A stretch of DNA of 64,000 bases from Patescibacteria group bacterium (GCA_039188945.1 JBCCYW010000002.1:26449-90448), one strand, 5' to 3'; shown: positions 1 to 10,309, numbered from the stretch's first letter. The notes: generated from the letters alone by a model not told the origin. Made by a program: numbers and translations.

Positions 1-387
1 AGCATCCACAAATCCTCTAATGATAAACCTGCTATCTAGTTCTCCTGGGATACCAATCTCAGAATCACCAGCATCAAAAATACCATCGTTATTGTTATCG
101 CGAAAAATTCGGTACGTTCGATTATTGCCAGCGCTCGAATCAAAATGAATCCCAAACTGGTCTTCAAAATCACCAGCATCTCCTTGAGCGGCAACCGCAA
201 ACAGCTGTGCTTGCCTGATTGAAAGTGCTACTTCAAGCGCCTGATTTTTCAGGAGCACTGCACTATTAAACGAACTATAGCGGGCTACAACCACGCCACT
301 GATAATGAGCATGAGACCGATCGTCACCAGCAATTCCGTGATGGTAAATCCAAACGATGGTATGTTGTGTTTTCTAACCAAGAACAT
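1..387 (-). CDS. Type IV pilin-like protein (prepilin), partial; C-terminus lies beyond the window start
   Basis: Reverse translation from the ATG at complement 385-387 gives MFLVRKHNIPSFG|FTITELLVTIGLMLIISGVV..., a class III prepilin leader with G|F cleavage context, Glu+5 and a hydrophobic helix. The frame is open through position 1. Its first 14 nt overlap the 3' end of pilD. Not in the ORF track because it is truncated. Confidence 0.6.
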   Translation of the reverse strand, partial: MFLVRKHNIPSFGFTITELLVTIGLMLIISGVVVARYSSFNSAVLLKNQALEVALSIRQAQLFAVAAQGDAGDFEDQFGIHFDSSAGNNRTYRIFRDNNNDGIFDAGDSEIGIPGELDSRFIIRGFVDA

Positions 388-1195
388 ACGACATGAGTGC
401 TAACACATCTACAGACCATAGATATGCAGCCAAAAACCCAGCCGCTAGAAATGGTCCGAAGGGTACCTCACTTTTCATTGTAAGCGGTTGGCCAAAAAAC
501 CGTAAGGACGATTGTCCCCGTTGTACTACCAACAAACCAATACTAATGACCGCACCGATCACAAACGAGAGCACAACAAACGAATAGACCTGACCAAACC
601 CAACTAGCCACGCGAGCGGGAACACTAACTTTACATCGCCAAAACCAAGCCACTTCCCTCGTGATACATACCACAAAAAGCCAAAGAAAGCGGTAGCGGA
701 AACTGCAGCTAGTACGTTGTAGAGCGCTACACTAGTCGCACCAGTTTGGTACCACTGATAACCATTCGCCATAACAGCAAGTACAAGCAATCCGGCCACC
801 AACTGATTTGGAATAATAAAATGATTGATGTCGTAGACAACAATCACCACCAGCAAACACATCACCAAAGCTGCGATGACGTATTCAGCCAGTGAAGTGA
901 CGGCCAAGTAACTCGCCACAAACAATAGTCCAGTACCTACCTCAACCAAGACGTAGCGTGGAGAAATCATTGACCCGCAGCGGGCACACCGCCCCCGCAA
1001 TCCTATATATGAAACAACTGGAATAAGCTCGAACCACCGAAGCTGCTGACCACAGGAGAGACAGTGTGAACGACCAGCTAGTGAACGACCCGTGTTGAGT
1101 CGGTAGATAACCACATTAAGAAAACTACCGATAATACTACCTACAGCGAAGACAAGTATTACTTGATACCAAAATGGAACAAATTCTAACAGCAT
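374..1195 (-). CDS. pilD: Prepilin peptidase (A24 family, type IV pilin leader peptidase/N-methyltransferase)
   Basis: Eight-TM protein with the tetra-cysteine zinc motif (CLSCGQQL...CARCG) and the typical PilD N-terminal block FLNVVIYRL. Confidence 0.9.
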   Translation of the reverse strand: MLLEFVPFWYQVILVFAVGSIIGSFLNVVIYRLNTGRSLAGRSHCLSCGQQLRWFELIPVVSYIGLRGRCARCGSMISPRYVLVEVGTGLLFVASYLAVTSLAEYVIAALVMCLLVVIVVYDINHFIIPNQLVAGLLVLAVMANGYQWYQTGATSVALYNVLAAVSATAFFGFLWYVSRGKWLGFGDVKLVFPLAWLVGFGQVYSFVVLSFVIGAVISIGLLVVQRGQSSLRFFGQPLTMKSEVPFGPFLAAGFLAAYLWSVDVLALMSYVLG

Positions 1196-1212
1196 TGCTT
1201 TAGTATACGTCG

Positions 1213-1629
1213 TTACTCACAAGCCAACGTGCCTGATGCTAACGGAGACGTTGTTGCAATCGCCTTACCCAAGCTATCAACACACCAGTGATCAGTGCCA
1301 AGAATCGGAGCAGACGCAGCGTAGGCATCAGGACTACTATTACAAATCACCGAAGAAGAAGCGATACGGTTAATCGACTCAATAATTGCGACGACCTGAG
1401 TGGCTTGCGTCTCTCCGTTAGAACCACATACGACGTCATAACTTAAGGCGATACTCTCCTCAATGGTGGCACGTTTTTGTAAGATGCTGAGCTCGCTAAT
1501 CACTTTCGCTTCAATTCCTCGTTCGCGCGCATCACCAAGCGACGACAGTACAACCGCAGCTAAAATACCGATGATAGCAATCGAAACCAAAAGCTCAATG
1601 AGCGTAAAACCACGACCTGGTCGTTTCAT
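1213..1629 (-). CDS. Type IV pilin / pseudopilin
   Basis: N-terminus MKRPGRG|FTLIELLVSIAIIGILAAVV is the canonical prepilin N-methylation motif. The C-terminus is Cys-rich, consistent with a disulfide loop. Confidence 0.8.
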   Translation of the reverse strand: MKRPGRGFTLIELLVSIAIIGILAAVVLSSLGDARERGIEAKVISELSILQKRATIEESIALSYDVVCGSNGETQATQVVAIIESINRIASSSVICNSSPDAYAASAPILGTDHWCVDSLGKAIATTSPLASGTLACE

Positions 1630-1664
1630 GGAAATAATTATACCAGTCGATCTGGACGTGAGTT

Positions 1665-1700
1665 TTATTTACAAACAAAAAACACCTCGCTCGAGGTGTT
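1665..1700. terminator. Bidirectional rho-independent terminator hairpin between the two pilin genes
   Basis: aaaaaacacctcgCTCgaggtgttttttg: a perfect stem flanked by A-run and T-run on either strand. Confidence 0.5.
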
Positions 1701-1721
1701 TTTTGTTAGACAACACGTGTC

Positions 1722-2210
1722 TTACGGACAAACAATGTCTCCCGCGGCGAGCGCTGAAGACGTTCCAGCCGCTCCGGTTGAGTCAACACACCAGTGTTGC
1801 ACCGTACCACCTGAATCTGGAATATTAAGCGGGGCGTGAATCACATACGCTGCATCAGTACTCTGACAGGTAACAGCGGTATCTGCGCCAGCCGTAGATG
1901 GCGTTCCATCGTTGTCAAAGGCAAGGCCGGTGGTTTCAGCACGATTATCTCGTGCTGCCTCCATGAGACTGACTACTGGGTTATCAGCAGCGTTCTGACA
2001 TACATTTGTGTATGAGAAGCCATTTGAGTTGTAGATCAACTCAGCCTGTGAACGAGCGTTACCAATTGACTGCTTAATTGAAGCGTCTTGGCCACCGTCA
2101 CGTGCATCGTTGAGTGACGCCAACACAACTGCCGCCAAGATACCGATGATGGCGATCACAACGAGGAGCTCGATGAGCGTAAAACCTCGCTTGAATGTTT
2201 CTTTCATCAT
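1722..2210 (-). CDS. Type IV major pilin (PilA-like)
   Basis: MMKETFKRG|FTLIELLVVIAIIGILAAVVLASL prepilin signal. Has its own 145-nt upstream region and a terminator, consistent with a highly expressed structural pilin. Confidence 0.8.
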   Translation of the reverse strand: MMKETFKRGFTLIELLVVIAIIGILAAVVLASLNDARDGGQDASIKQSIGNARSQAELIYNSNGFSYTNVCQNAADNPVVSLMEAARDNRAETTGLAFDNDGTPSTAGADTAVTCQSTDAAYVIHAPLNIPDSGGTVQHWCVDSTGAAGTSSALAAGDIVCP

Positions 2211-2355
2211 AATGAAATTACGTAATTAATGATTAGTTTCGATCTTGCTTGAGTTACCAGCTGAATAGCTCAAGTGAGATCAAGCTCCACGAAGTCGTGG
2301 TTACTACTTATTATACGGCGCGTCAGCGATATAAGGGAGCCTGATGTGGACAAAC

Positions 2356-3573
2356 CTAGAAGGAGTTGGTGAGGTTATAAATTGGCATCAAGACTGAAGC
2401 CAGCAACACACCAACCCCCAGACCGAGTAATACAATCATCATCGGTTCAATCAGCCCAATCATGGTATCAACCTGATTATTGACCTCCCGACGATAGAAG
2501 AGTGAGAGGGTTTTGAGGATTTCTGGCAAGCTTCCCGTTTCTTCACCCACCTTCGCCATTTGCGAAAGAACTCCTGGAATCTCCGGGTATTCAGAAATTG
2601 AATCAGCAAACGACCGTCCACCCTTTACTTCAACCAAGGCGTTTTCCAGAATCTCGCGATACACTTCGTTATCAACCACATCAGCGGTGACCTCAATCGC
2701 TTGCACAATAGAAATACCGCTATCGATCATGGTAGCGAGGTTGTCACAAATTCTGGTGAGATAGAGCTTTTTATTCAAATCGCCAACAACCGGGATGGCC
2801 AACAGCAGTTCATCAAAGGTGCGCTTCCCTACCGCTGTCTTCTTAAATTGCCACAAACCAATGCCTCCAGCCGCTCCCAATAACAGCAAAATGCCAATGT
2901 AATCAACCATGAAATTAGAAATACCAATCACGATTTTGGTGTAAATCGGTAGCTCTTGGCCAGAGTCAGTAAGGATTTTGGCGATCCGTGGAATCACGAG
3001 GGTTAACATCAGCCCCATGACAACAATAAACACAGTAATCACAAAGGCAGGGTACGTCAGAGCATTACGCGCTTTTGACACCACTTCGTAGGTGCGGTCG
3101 AGATAGTCAGCTAGATAACTAAATGACTTTTCAAGAGAACCTGACTCCTCACCAGCTCGCACTAAGTTAACGTAAAATGGCGAAAAGACATCCGGGTGTG
3201 ACTCAAGCGCTCGGGAGATCGGACTACCCGCCTGCAGGTCCTCCACAATCGCATCCATCACTCGTTGCAACTGCGGATTATCAACCTCTGACGCCAGAAG
3301 ACGGAAAATACGCAGCGGCGATACATGAGCTTCAAAGAGGGTTGAGATTTGTCGCGAGAGAATGACAATATCTTTAGTGGAAATACTTTGGAAAAAATTG
3401 AACTCAATATCACCTAAGTTATTGAGTGAAAAGCCAGTTGTCTGTTCTTCAACCGAAACGACGGTGTAACCGCGCTCCTGCACAGCACTAATCGCTGCAT
3501 CAACGCTGGTAGCTTCAACAGTACCTTCTCGTTCAATATTACTTTGATCAACCGCCGTATATCTGAATAACAT
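2356..3573 (-). CDS. pilC: Type IV pilus assembly platform protein PilC (GspF family)
   Basis: 405 aa with two T2SS-F repeats, three TM segments and the typical C-terminal VLLASVLMPIYNL. Confidence 0.9.
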   Translation of the reverse strand: MLFRYTAVDQSNIEREGTVEATSVDAAISAVQERGYTVVSVEEQTTGFSLNNLGDIEFNFFQSISTKDIVILSRQISTLFEAHVSPLRIFRLLASEVDNPQLQRVMDAIVEDLQAGSPISRALESHPDVFSPFYVNLVRAGEESGSLEKSFSYLADYLDRTYEVVSKARNALTYPAFVITVFIVVMGLMLTLVIPRIAKILTDSGQELPIYTKIVIGISNFMVDYIGILLLLGAAGGIGLWQFKKTAVGKRTFDELLLAIPVVGDLNKKLYLTRICDNLATMIDSGISIVQAIEVTADVVDNEVYREILENALVEVKGGRSFADSISEYPEIPGVLSQMAKVGEETGSLPEILKTLSLFYRREVNNQVDTMIGLIEPMMIVLLGLGVGVLLASVLMPIYNLTNSF

Positions 3574-3581
3574 AGGTGTAT

Positions 3582-4649
3582 TTAAATAAGGCGCTCAAGT
3601 CCTTTTGGATTAACGGCATGCGCAAACGCGTCTTCAACGGTAATAGCGCCTCGCTTTACTAAGTCAGCAAGCGAGCGATTCATGTCGATCATTCCCTGCT
3701 CCAGACCAGTTTCGACCACTGCATCAATTTCATGAATTCTCCCTTCTCGAATGAGATTAGCAACTGCACTATTGTTAACCAAAAGTTCGTACGACGGCAC
3801 CAAGCCACCATTAGCAGCTGGGATTAACCGTTGTGAGAAAATACCGATTAACGACCCGGCTAACTGGGCTCTGATTTGTGACTGCTGCGCACCGGGAAAA
3901 CTGTCAATAATACGGTTGATAGTTTGTCCAGCGTTATTGGTGTGAAGGGTTGAAAATACTAAGTGTCCTGTTTCGGCTGCGGTAACGGCTGTTCCAATGG
4001 TCTCAGCATCACGCATCTCACCGATCAAAATGACATCCACGTCTTGGCGAAACGCTGCGTTAAGCGCATCTTTAAATGAGGGGGTATCGGTACCCACCTC
4101 ACGCTGATCGATAAGCGAGAGCTTGTCTTCATACACATACTCAATTGGATCTTCAATCGTCACGATATGCTCAGCTCGCGATTCATTAATACGATTAATC
4201 ATCGCTGCAAGAGTAGTTGACTTTCCTTGTCCAACCGGACCAACACATAAGAAAAATCCTTGCGGTCGCTGCGTGAATGATTCGAGAATTGGTGGCAAAC
4301 TTAGCTCCTTGAAGGTTCTGATGGTACTTGGAATAAACCGCAGCGCGATAGACATATTGCCACGCTGCCAAAATCCGTTACCACGGAAGCGGGCGCCATC
4401 TTTGTTTTCGAATGAAAAGTCGACTTCGTGTTTTTCATGAAAGCGATCGAAAAATGGCTTTTGCATAAGCACTTTCGCAAACCCATCAACATCGTCGTTG
4501 GTTAACACTGGCTTAGCTTCAAGTGGCGCTAGGGTGTTGGTCTTACGCACCATCGGATGAGCGCCTACCGAAAAATGCAAATCAGAAGCTCCTTCACTAA
4601 GGACATGCGCTACCAACTGTTCTAGTTCTTTTTTATAATCAGCCGCCAT
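3582..4649 (-). CDS. pilT: Twitching-motility retraction ATPase PilT
   Basis: 355 aa. Walker A GPVGQGKST, Asp box, Walker B DVILIGEMRD and His box: the PilT/PilU signature. Confidence 0.85.
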   Translation of the reverse strand: MAADYKKELEQLVAHVLSEGASDLHFSVGAHPMVRKTNTLAPLEAKPVLTNDDVDGFAKVLMQKPFFDRFHEKHEVDFSFENKDGARFRGNGFWQRGNMSIALRFIPSTIRTFKELSLPPILESFTQRPQGFFLCVGPVGQGKSTTLAAMINRINESRAEHIVTIEDPIEYVYEDKLSLIDQREVGTDTPSFKDALNAAFRQDVDVILIGEMRDAETIGTAVTAAETGHLVFSTLHTNNAGQTINRIIDSFPGAQQSQIRAQLAGSLIGIFSQRLIPAANGGLVPSYELLVNNSAVANLIREGRIHEIDAVVETGLEQGMIDMNRSLADLVKRGAITVEDAFAHAVNPKGLERLI

Positions 4650-4651
4650 AC

Positions 4652-5017
4652 CTATTTCGCTAATTCAATAACCTTATCAACGACCTCGCTAGGAATTGAT
4701 TCTGCTTTAACAATATAGCCAATTGCTCCCGCTTCCATTGCGCTATCGATGTCTGATTGTTCTCCTTGGTTTGAGAGCACAATACATTTTGGAGCTTTCG
4801 CCTTCTTATCTGCCTTGAGTTCATTGATGAGATCAATCCCCGACAAGCCCGGCATAACCATATCCATTAATACAACTTCAAATGGACCGTTACTCTCATA
4901 TTCAACCAACGCTTCTGCGCCACTTTGAGCAGTCATCACGGTGTGGCCAGCTTCGGCAAATTTTGTTGCGTACATATCACGCAAGAACGAATCGTCATCG
5001 ACGAGCAAGATCTTCAT
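4652..5017 (-). CDS. Response regulator receiver-domain protein (CheY-like, stand-alone REC)
   Basis: 121 aa. MKILLVDDD..., phospho-acceptor Asp in VVLMDMVMPG, and a conserved Lys near the C-terminus. Confidence 0.8.
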   Translation of the reverse strand: MKILLVDDDSFLRDMYATKFAEAGHTVMTAQSGAEALVEYESNGPFEVVLMDMVMPGLSGIDLINELKADKKAKAPKCIVLSNQGEQSDIDSAMEAGAIGYIVKAESIPSEVVDKVIELAK

Positions 5018-5025
5018 TAAAAATA

Positions 5026-6831
5026 TTATACGTCACTTAGAGGAGAAGTTTCAGTTTGGTTATCGACAGGAGCAGTTACGTCGTCGGTCACATTTTCTAA
5101 ACCGACTTTTGTACCAAATGCATTCATTTCTTCGTAGGGAATCTTATGTTCGAGTGCTTTGATAATTGCATCTTCTTTCATCGTCATAAACCCATTCTCG
5201 CGAGCACTAAGAAAAATATCTTCTTCAGCGGCATTAGACAAAATCATTTCTTGAATCCGCTCATCAATCTCCAGCACTTCCATGATGGCGATACGCCCCT
5301 TCAAACCAGTCGCACACTGTGGTGAAGGTTCTGGGTGCATGATGGTATCAGCCTTAGGGATCGCACCCTTGAATTTGTCTGGCAAGGTACTAAATTCCTT
5401 TTGCATCATGACTTCAATAGCTTTATTAATTTTTTCTTCTCGTCCAGTGCCTTCACATAGTCGTTTCGCCAAGCGCTGTGCAATTGCCAATTTTAGTGTC
5501 GGCGCAATCAAATATGGGTCTACTCCCATATCAATGAGTCGCGGGATAACGCCAATCGAGTTGTTGGTGTGAATGGTAGAAAGCACCAAGTGACCGGTCA
5601 GTGCAGCCTGAATCGCCAATTGCGCAGTTTCTTTATCTCGGATCTCACCAACCATGATAATGTCAGGGTCCTGACGCAACGCAGCTCGCAAGCCGTGGGC
5701 AAAGGTGTAGCCAATTTCAGGACGTACCTGCGATTGACTCACGCCATCGATGTTATATTCCACCGGATCTTCAAGCGACAGCACATTTTTGGTAGCGCGG
5801 TCTACTTCTGACAGCATGGCGTAGAGCGTTGTTGACTTACCAGATCCAGTTGGACCAGAAATCAGCATGATGCCGTACGGCTCTTTAATCATTCGGCGAA
5901 TCACCTCGAGATGGTGTCCACCAATACCGGTGTCTTCAAGGGTCGTAACACCTTTTTCGTTATCTAAAATACGCATTACGACCTTTTCGCCGTGATTAGT
6001 TGGCAATACTGAGACACGGAAATCAATCTTACGCTCATCAAACGTAGCGGAGAAGCGACCGTCTTGAGGCTTGCGTCGTTCGTCCAAGCGCATAGAAGAC
6101 AAGATCTTAATGCGAGCCACCACAGCAGAGTGTGTCTTCTTCGGCAGTTCAAGACTGGTTGCCAGTGAACCATCAACTCGAAATCGTACTTTAATTTTTC
6201 CACCGGTTGGCTCAACGTGGATATCAGACGCTCCACCATCTACTGCGTATCGCAAAATAGTGGCCACGATCCGAGTGACGGGCGCGTCTTCTTTAATATG
6301 ATCAAGGTCTTCTTTTGGGAGATCTTTCTCCTCTTCTGCCCGGCGGGCGATTTCTGCATCAAGATCATTTTCTAGAGTAGTGAGTGCTTCACCAACTTCT
6401 CCACTGAGGTTTTCATAAAATGTGTGAGCGGCTTCGATATCACTATCGAGCATGAAGTGCAACTTGTACGGCAAATTATGCTTGGTACTAATATAGTTGA
6501 GCACTTCTCGGACTTGTAGATCGTCTGGATTATTACTCCCCACCAACAGCACATCATCCTCAATTTTCAGTGGCACAACCCGATAATGGCGAGCCGACTC
6601 TTCAGGAATGTACCCCAGCACACCTTCGGCCAAGCGCACACCTTCGGGTAACTCATAACTTGGCACCTGATAGTATTCAGCAATTTGTTCGCGCACAACA
6701 GATTTCTCAAGACCCATGTCGAGAAGCGCCTGCTCCTCGCTAATGCCCGCATTAGTGATGGCCGCCCTGACCTCCTCCGCCTGGGCTTCACTGATGACTT
6801 CATGTTCAATTAAGAAACTGAGTCGATCCAT
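5026..6831 (-). CDS. pilB: Type IV pilus assembly/extension ATPase PilB (GspE family)
   Basis: 601 aa. N-terminal GspII_E domain, Walker A GPTGSGKST, and a tetra-Cys-like region. Confidence 0.9.
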   Translation of the reverse strand: MDRLSFLIEHEVISEAQAEEVRAAITNAGISEEQALLDMGLEKSVVREQIAEYYQVPSYELPEGVRLAEGVLGYIPEESARHYRVVPLKIEDDVLLVGSNNPDDLQVREVLNYISTKHNLPYKLHFMLDSDIEAAHTFYENLSGEVGEALTTLENDLDAEIARRAEEEKDLPKEDLDHIKEDAPVTRIVATILRYAVDGGASDIHVEPTGGKIKVRFRVDGSLATSLELPKKTHSAVVARIKILSSMRLDERRKPQDGRFSATFDERKIDFRVSVLPTNHGEKVVMRILDNEKGVTTLEDTGIGGHHLEVIRRMIKEPYGIMLISGPTGSGKSTTLYAMLSEVDRATKNVLSLEDPVEYNIDGVSQSQVRPEIGYTFAHGLRAALRQDPDIIMVGEIRDKETAQLAIQAALTGHLVLSTIHTNNSIGVIPRLIDMGVDPYLIAPTLKLAIAQRLAKRLCEGTGREEKINKAIEVMMQKEFSTLPDKFKGAIPKADTIMHPEPSPQCATGLKGRIAIMEVLEIDERIQEMILSNAAEEDIFLSARENGFMTMKEDAIIKALEHKIPYEEMNAFGTKVGLENVTDDVTAPVDNQTETSPLSDV

Positions 6832-6838
6832 AGTACCG

Positions 6839-7168
6839 TTAATTAGTTGAGATTGGAGTCACGACTCCAGAAACTGGCTGAAAAGGGTTGTCTCGACCAA
6901 TTGGTAATGTCGGCACGGGACGATCAAATGACAGCAAGCTCTCAAAGCGGGCATCTGTAAATAAATCAAGTTGTAAATCGATTTGCCGTAATTCGTTTTG
7001 TCGTGCAATGAAAGTTTGAGCATCTCGCTCCAACTGTAGAGTGAGCTGCTCGTTGGTCGTGTCAAGCAAGAGTTCACCCTGCTGCAGGTAGAGATAGTAA
7101 CCAACTCCTGCTATGAGTAAGAAGCCGACGATGACAACTGCATTTTGAATGATGTTTCCCATATGCAT
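6839..7168 (-). CDS. Small single-TM pilus-operon protein (possible PilP-like component)
   Basis: Internal ATG (MHMGNIIQNAVVIVGFLLIAGV...) lies 2 nt after the pilO stop. The track ORF extends upstream through the pilO 3' end, so the shorter start is preferred. TM segment plus coiled coil. Function inferred only from position. Confidence 0.4.
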   Translation of the reverse strand: MHMGNIIQNAVVIVGFLLIAGVGYYLYLQQGELLLDTTNEQLTLQLERDAQTFIARQNELRQIDLQLDLFTDARFESLLSFDRPVPTLPIGRDNPFQPVSGVVTPISTN

Positions 7169-7169
7169 A

Positions 7170-7784
7170 TTACAATCTTCCCTGAGCCGGGTTATCTTCT
7201 GGCACGAGCCTTGAGTACGTCTCAACGACCAGATTCATTTTCATTGTATCAGTCCCCAATGACACCCCCTCTTCTCCCGCTTCAGCAGGTGCTGCATTGA
7301 GTGCATACACGTGCAACGGATAATCATTCTGTTCAAGATTCAGCAAAAACTGCTTGATGCTTTCATAGGTACCAGTGACTTCAACATCAAACCGATATGA
7401 CGTGAATGAATCAGGCAATGCATTGACCACATTACTAGTACTTGAGTCACCTTCTGTTACATCGCCAACCGAGAGTCCTTCGAGGATAACATTACTCTCT
7501 TGGGCAATTGTGTCGATATCCCGCAATACCCTGAGCTGATCGACGGTGTCTGGCATAAAGCGGATCAATGATAATCGATCGTCTGCTGAGACAGCGCTCA
7601 CTTGAGCAACCAGATCAGCCAAGAGCGTATTTACTTCAGCAACTTGTGCGGTAGCTCGATCAAGCTCTGCTATGTCGTCTTGCACCTGTCTGATCTCAGC
7701 AAAGGTCGGCATGACATACGTGAAGCCAATCACGACAGCGATGATAGCGATAGCAATTTGCACAAATACGTTATAGTGCATCAT
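7170..7784 (-). CDS. pilO: Type IV pilus assembly protein PilO-like
   Basis: N-terminal TM, coiled coil, then a C-terminal domain. Positioned after the pilN-like gene in the operon. Confidence 0.6.
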   Translation of the reverse strand: MMHYNVFVQIAIAIIAVVIGFTYVMPTFAEIRQVQDDIAELDRATAQVAEVNTLLADLVAQVSAVSADDRLSLIRFMPDTVDQLRVLRDIDTIAQESNVILEGLSVGDVTEGDSSTSNVVNALPDSFTSYRFDVEVTGTYESIKQFLLNLEQNDYPLHVYALNAAPAEAGEEGVSLGTDTMKMNLVVETYSRLVPEDNPAQGRL

Positions 7785-8509
7785 ACGTCAGTTGGGTTAT
7801 CGACTACTTCTGGCAATTCACTTTCCTCTTCAACCACACCATCAGCTTCTACGGGAACCTCCTCGACCGGGACGACAACATCGTTTTGTTCACTAAATGT
7901 ATCAGCAATATATGCGATTGCTTGACTATCAAGATTAAGTGATACCACTGCCTCAATTACCTCTTCGCCGGTGTTCAACGTATCAGTTTCATCAGTTTCA
8001 GTCTTACGAGCGACATTACCAACAAACTGAGCAACAAAGGCATCTTCATCGATAAACGTATCTCGCTGGAAAATAGTTGAATTGTACGTGTCTGTAACGA
8101 CTGACGCCGTAACATTAATCTCTTCATCACCATCTCTCGTCACCTGAATATCCTTAATCTCAACCGACGCGACAACCGCCTCTTCAAGTAGTCTAAAGAT
8201 CTGACTGGTCGCTAAGTGATTATCCATCCGGTCACCCGCAAAGTTCAACCGGTGCTCAAATTCTTTCACCATCTCGAGATCGCTCTGACTAAAACTATCA
8301 ATCAAGGTTGAAAGGCTCTTTTGTTTCTCTACCAACGACGCTTGGAGTTGTAGTTTGTAGATAAATACCCCAGCCGCTGAGAGAACGGCAGCAAAAATAA
8401 GTACGTATGCAACATACGAAAAGACATACACTCGACTAACATTTTTTTTACGCGAGCGTTTAACTGGGTTTCGAGTAGGAATAAATGAAGCACCTGGACC
8501 ATCCGCCAT
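7781..8509 (-). CDS. pilN: Type IV pilus assembly protein PilN-like (acidic C-terminal extension)
   Basis: Basic cytoplasmic N-terminus, a single TM (VYVFSYVAYVLIFAAVLSAAGVFIY) and a periplasmic coiled coil. Overlaps pilO by 4 nt. Confidence 0.6.
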   Translation of the reverse strand: MADGPGASFIPTRNPVKRSRKKNVSRVYVFSYVAYVLIFAAVLSAAGVFIYKLQLQASLVEKQKSLSTLIDSFSQSDLEMVKEFEHRLNFAGDRMDNHLATSQIFRLLEEAVVASVEIKDIQVTRDGDEEINVTASVVTDTYNSTIFQRDTFIDEDAFVAQFVGNVARKTETDETDTLNTGEEVIEAVVSLNLDSQAIAYIADTFSEQNDVVVPVEEVPVEADGVVEEESELPEVVDNPTDV

Positions 8510-8563
8510 CTACTTATTATATGTCTATTGCTCTAGATTTTTGTCCATTGGTGTGGACACATC

Positions 8564-9640
8564 TTATTCAAAGTTACGTAATGCCGCACCAAGTGCCGTT
8601 GTAAAACTTGGCCCAATAGTAGTAATCAGGTCTTCCATAAAGGCTGGATAGGCAACCTTAGCAAAGGGGTTAGCGATCTCAATGTCTCGCTGGAGCGTAT
8701 CAGTGATCATGCCAGGCAGTCCAACAAACTGCACAGGGCCACCAATCACAACCACCCGCTTGATAGTCGTCCCTTCCAGAGACTCATACTCCTCAATCAC
8801 TCGCCGGAACTCACCCAGCGCCCGCTCAAAACAAGATTCGTGTACTTTTGCGATATCCCGGTAGTGCTCATCTCCCTTATGCACCCCACGTTTTCGCAGC
8901 TCAGCGTCCTGAAACGAAATATCGTGAGCTTTAGCTAACCGATTTGTGCACATCGCTCCACCAGCCCGCACTCGATGCATTCGGTGCAGCAAACCAGACT
9001 CAGCAATATAGAGCTTGCTTGAAGCAGCACCCAGATCGATCACAGCTGTTGTAGCATCATCAAAGTCCGTCACGCCGCGAATGGCACTGAAACATTCAAT
9101 TTCGGAGGGTTGGCTCGGCATATTAACGTGACGCATGAGCGTGCGTAATCGCTCAAGGCCCTCGTTCTGGATCGCTGCCAATAGCACCCGGCGCTCGTTA
9201 GTGTCCTCGGGATGCAGAGTGTCGATTTCAGCCCAGTCGAGGGTGACATCAGAAATTGGAACTGGGATGTACTTTCTCGCTTCAACCCGAATCCGTGATG
9301 AAATATCCTCATCAGGACGAGCCTTCATTTCCATCACCGTCACAAAGCTCGACGCCAAGGGCATAGCAAACACGGCCTGACGAGCTTTAACGGCCGACTC
9401 ACGAAGGACGTCCACTAAAGCCGTCTGTTCTTGCTTCGGCTGCAAGACAACTGTCTGACCCAGCTCCTTATCTGCGTAAGGGCCAATCTGAACTTCACCG
9501 TACGTAGTGAGGGTGACAACATCATTTCGATCCTCAAGCTCAACCAGTTTGATCGAGGAAGAACCAATATCGATACCAACCACCTTGCCTGAGGTCTTTG
9601 CTGGCTGTCTGAGATTAGAAAAAATGTCTAAGAGTGCCAT
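8564..9640 (-). CDS. pilM: Type IV pilus assembly protein PilM (actin-like ATPase fold)
   Basis: VVGIDIGSSSIKLVELE phosphate-1 motif and a second DLGAASSKLYI motif, typical of PilM/FtsA. Confidence 0.8.
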   Translation of the reverse strand: MALLDIFSNLRQPAKTSGKVVGIDIGSSSIKLVELEDRNDVVTLTTYGEVQIGPYADKELGQTVVLQPKQEQTALVDVLRESAVKARQAVFAMPLASSFVTVMEMKARPDEDISSRIRVEARKYIPVPISDVTLDWAEIDTLHPEDTNERRVLLAAIQNEGLERLRTLMRHVNMPSQPSEIECFSAIRGVTDFDDATTAVIDLGAASSKLYIAESGLLHRMHRVRAGGAMCTNRLAKAHDISFQDAELRKRGVHKGDEHYRDIAKVHESCFERALGEFRRVIEEYESLEGTTIKRVVVIGGPVQFVGLPGMITDTLQRDIEIANPFAKVAYPAFMEDLITTIGPSFTTALGAALRNFE

Positions 9641-9687
9641 AGATACATCATAATCTTAGCATGAGTGTGCCGTATACTATCTGAAAT

Positions 9688-10278
9688 ATGTCTCGGTCGC
9701 TAAGAACTATCTTTGATCTCATGTTCCCTCCTCCCGCAGAGGTACTGTTATTGCGTGACGTGAGTGGAGAACGATTTATCGAGCGATACAACGAACAACG
9801 GTTTACAGATATTGTATATCTATCTACCTATCGCGACCCAATCATCCAGGCTGCCATTAAAGCCTGCAAGTTTCACCGCTCCGAACGAGCGGCCAAACTC
9901 CTTGGACTATTGTTTATGCAATGGCTCAACAAGCAATCTAAACATTATCTGATTGTACCGATTCCACTCTCAAACGAACGAAAGCGTGAGCGAGGCTATA
10001 ACCAAGTTGAGCGAATCCTTAAAACAACAGACGTGACGATGCATACATCCTTGCTGCAAAAAAGTATCCATACCCCACCGCAAACCTCATTGAGCAAAGC
10101 GGAACGAACCGAGAATCTGCATGGTTCGTTTTCGGTCACGACCAGCAGCAACATCAAAGGCCAGCACATACTATTGGTTGACGATGTTGTCACAACCGGC
10201 AGCACCTTTGCGGCGGCGCGAGCTGCGCTCGCGCCACACTCCCCCGCTTCCATCACCTGTCTCGCCCTGGCGCACTAA
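9688..10278 (+). CDS. comFC: Competence protein ComFC (phosphoribosyltransferase-type)
   Basis: PRTase motif ILLVDDVVTTGSTFAAA and the ComF N-terminal region. Divergent from pilM with only a 47-nt spacer. Confidence 0.8.
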   Translation: MSRSLRTIFDLMFPPPAEVLLLRDVSGERFIERYNEQRFTDIVYLSTYRDPIIQAAIKACKFHRSERAAKLLGLLFMQWLNKQSKHYLIVPIPLSNERKRERGYNQVERILKTTDVTMHTSLLQKSIHTPPQTSLSKAERTENLHGSFSVTTSSNIKGQHILLVDDVVTTGSTFAAARAALAPHSPASITCLALAH

Positions 10279-10309
10279 TAATTATGAGCGAGCACTTTCT
10301 AGCGCTCGC

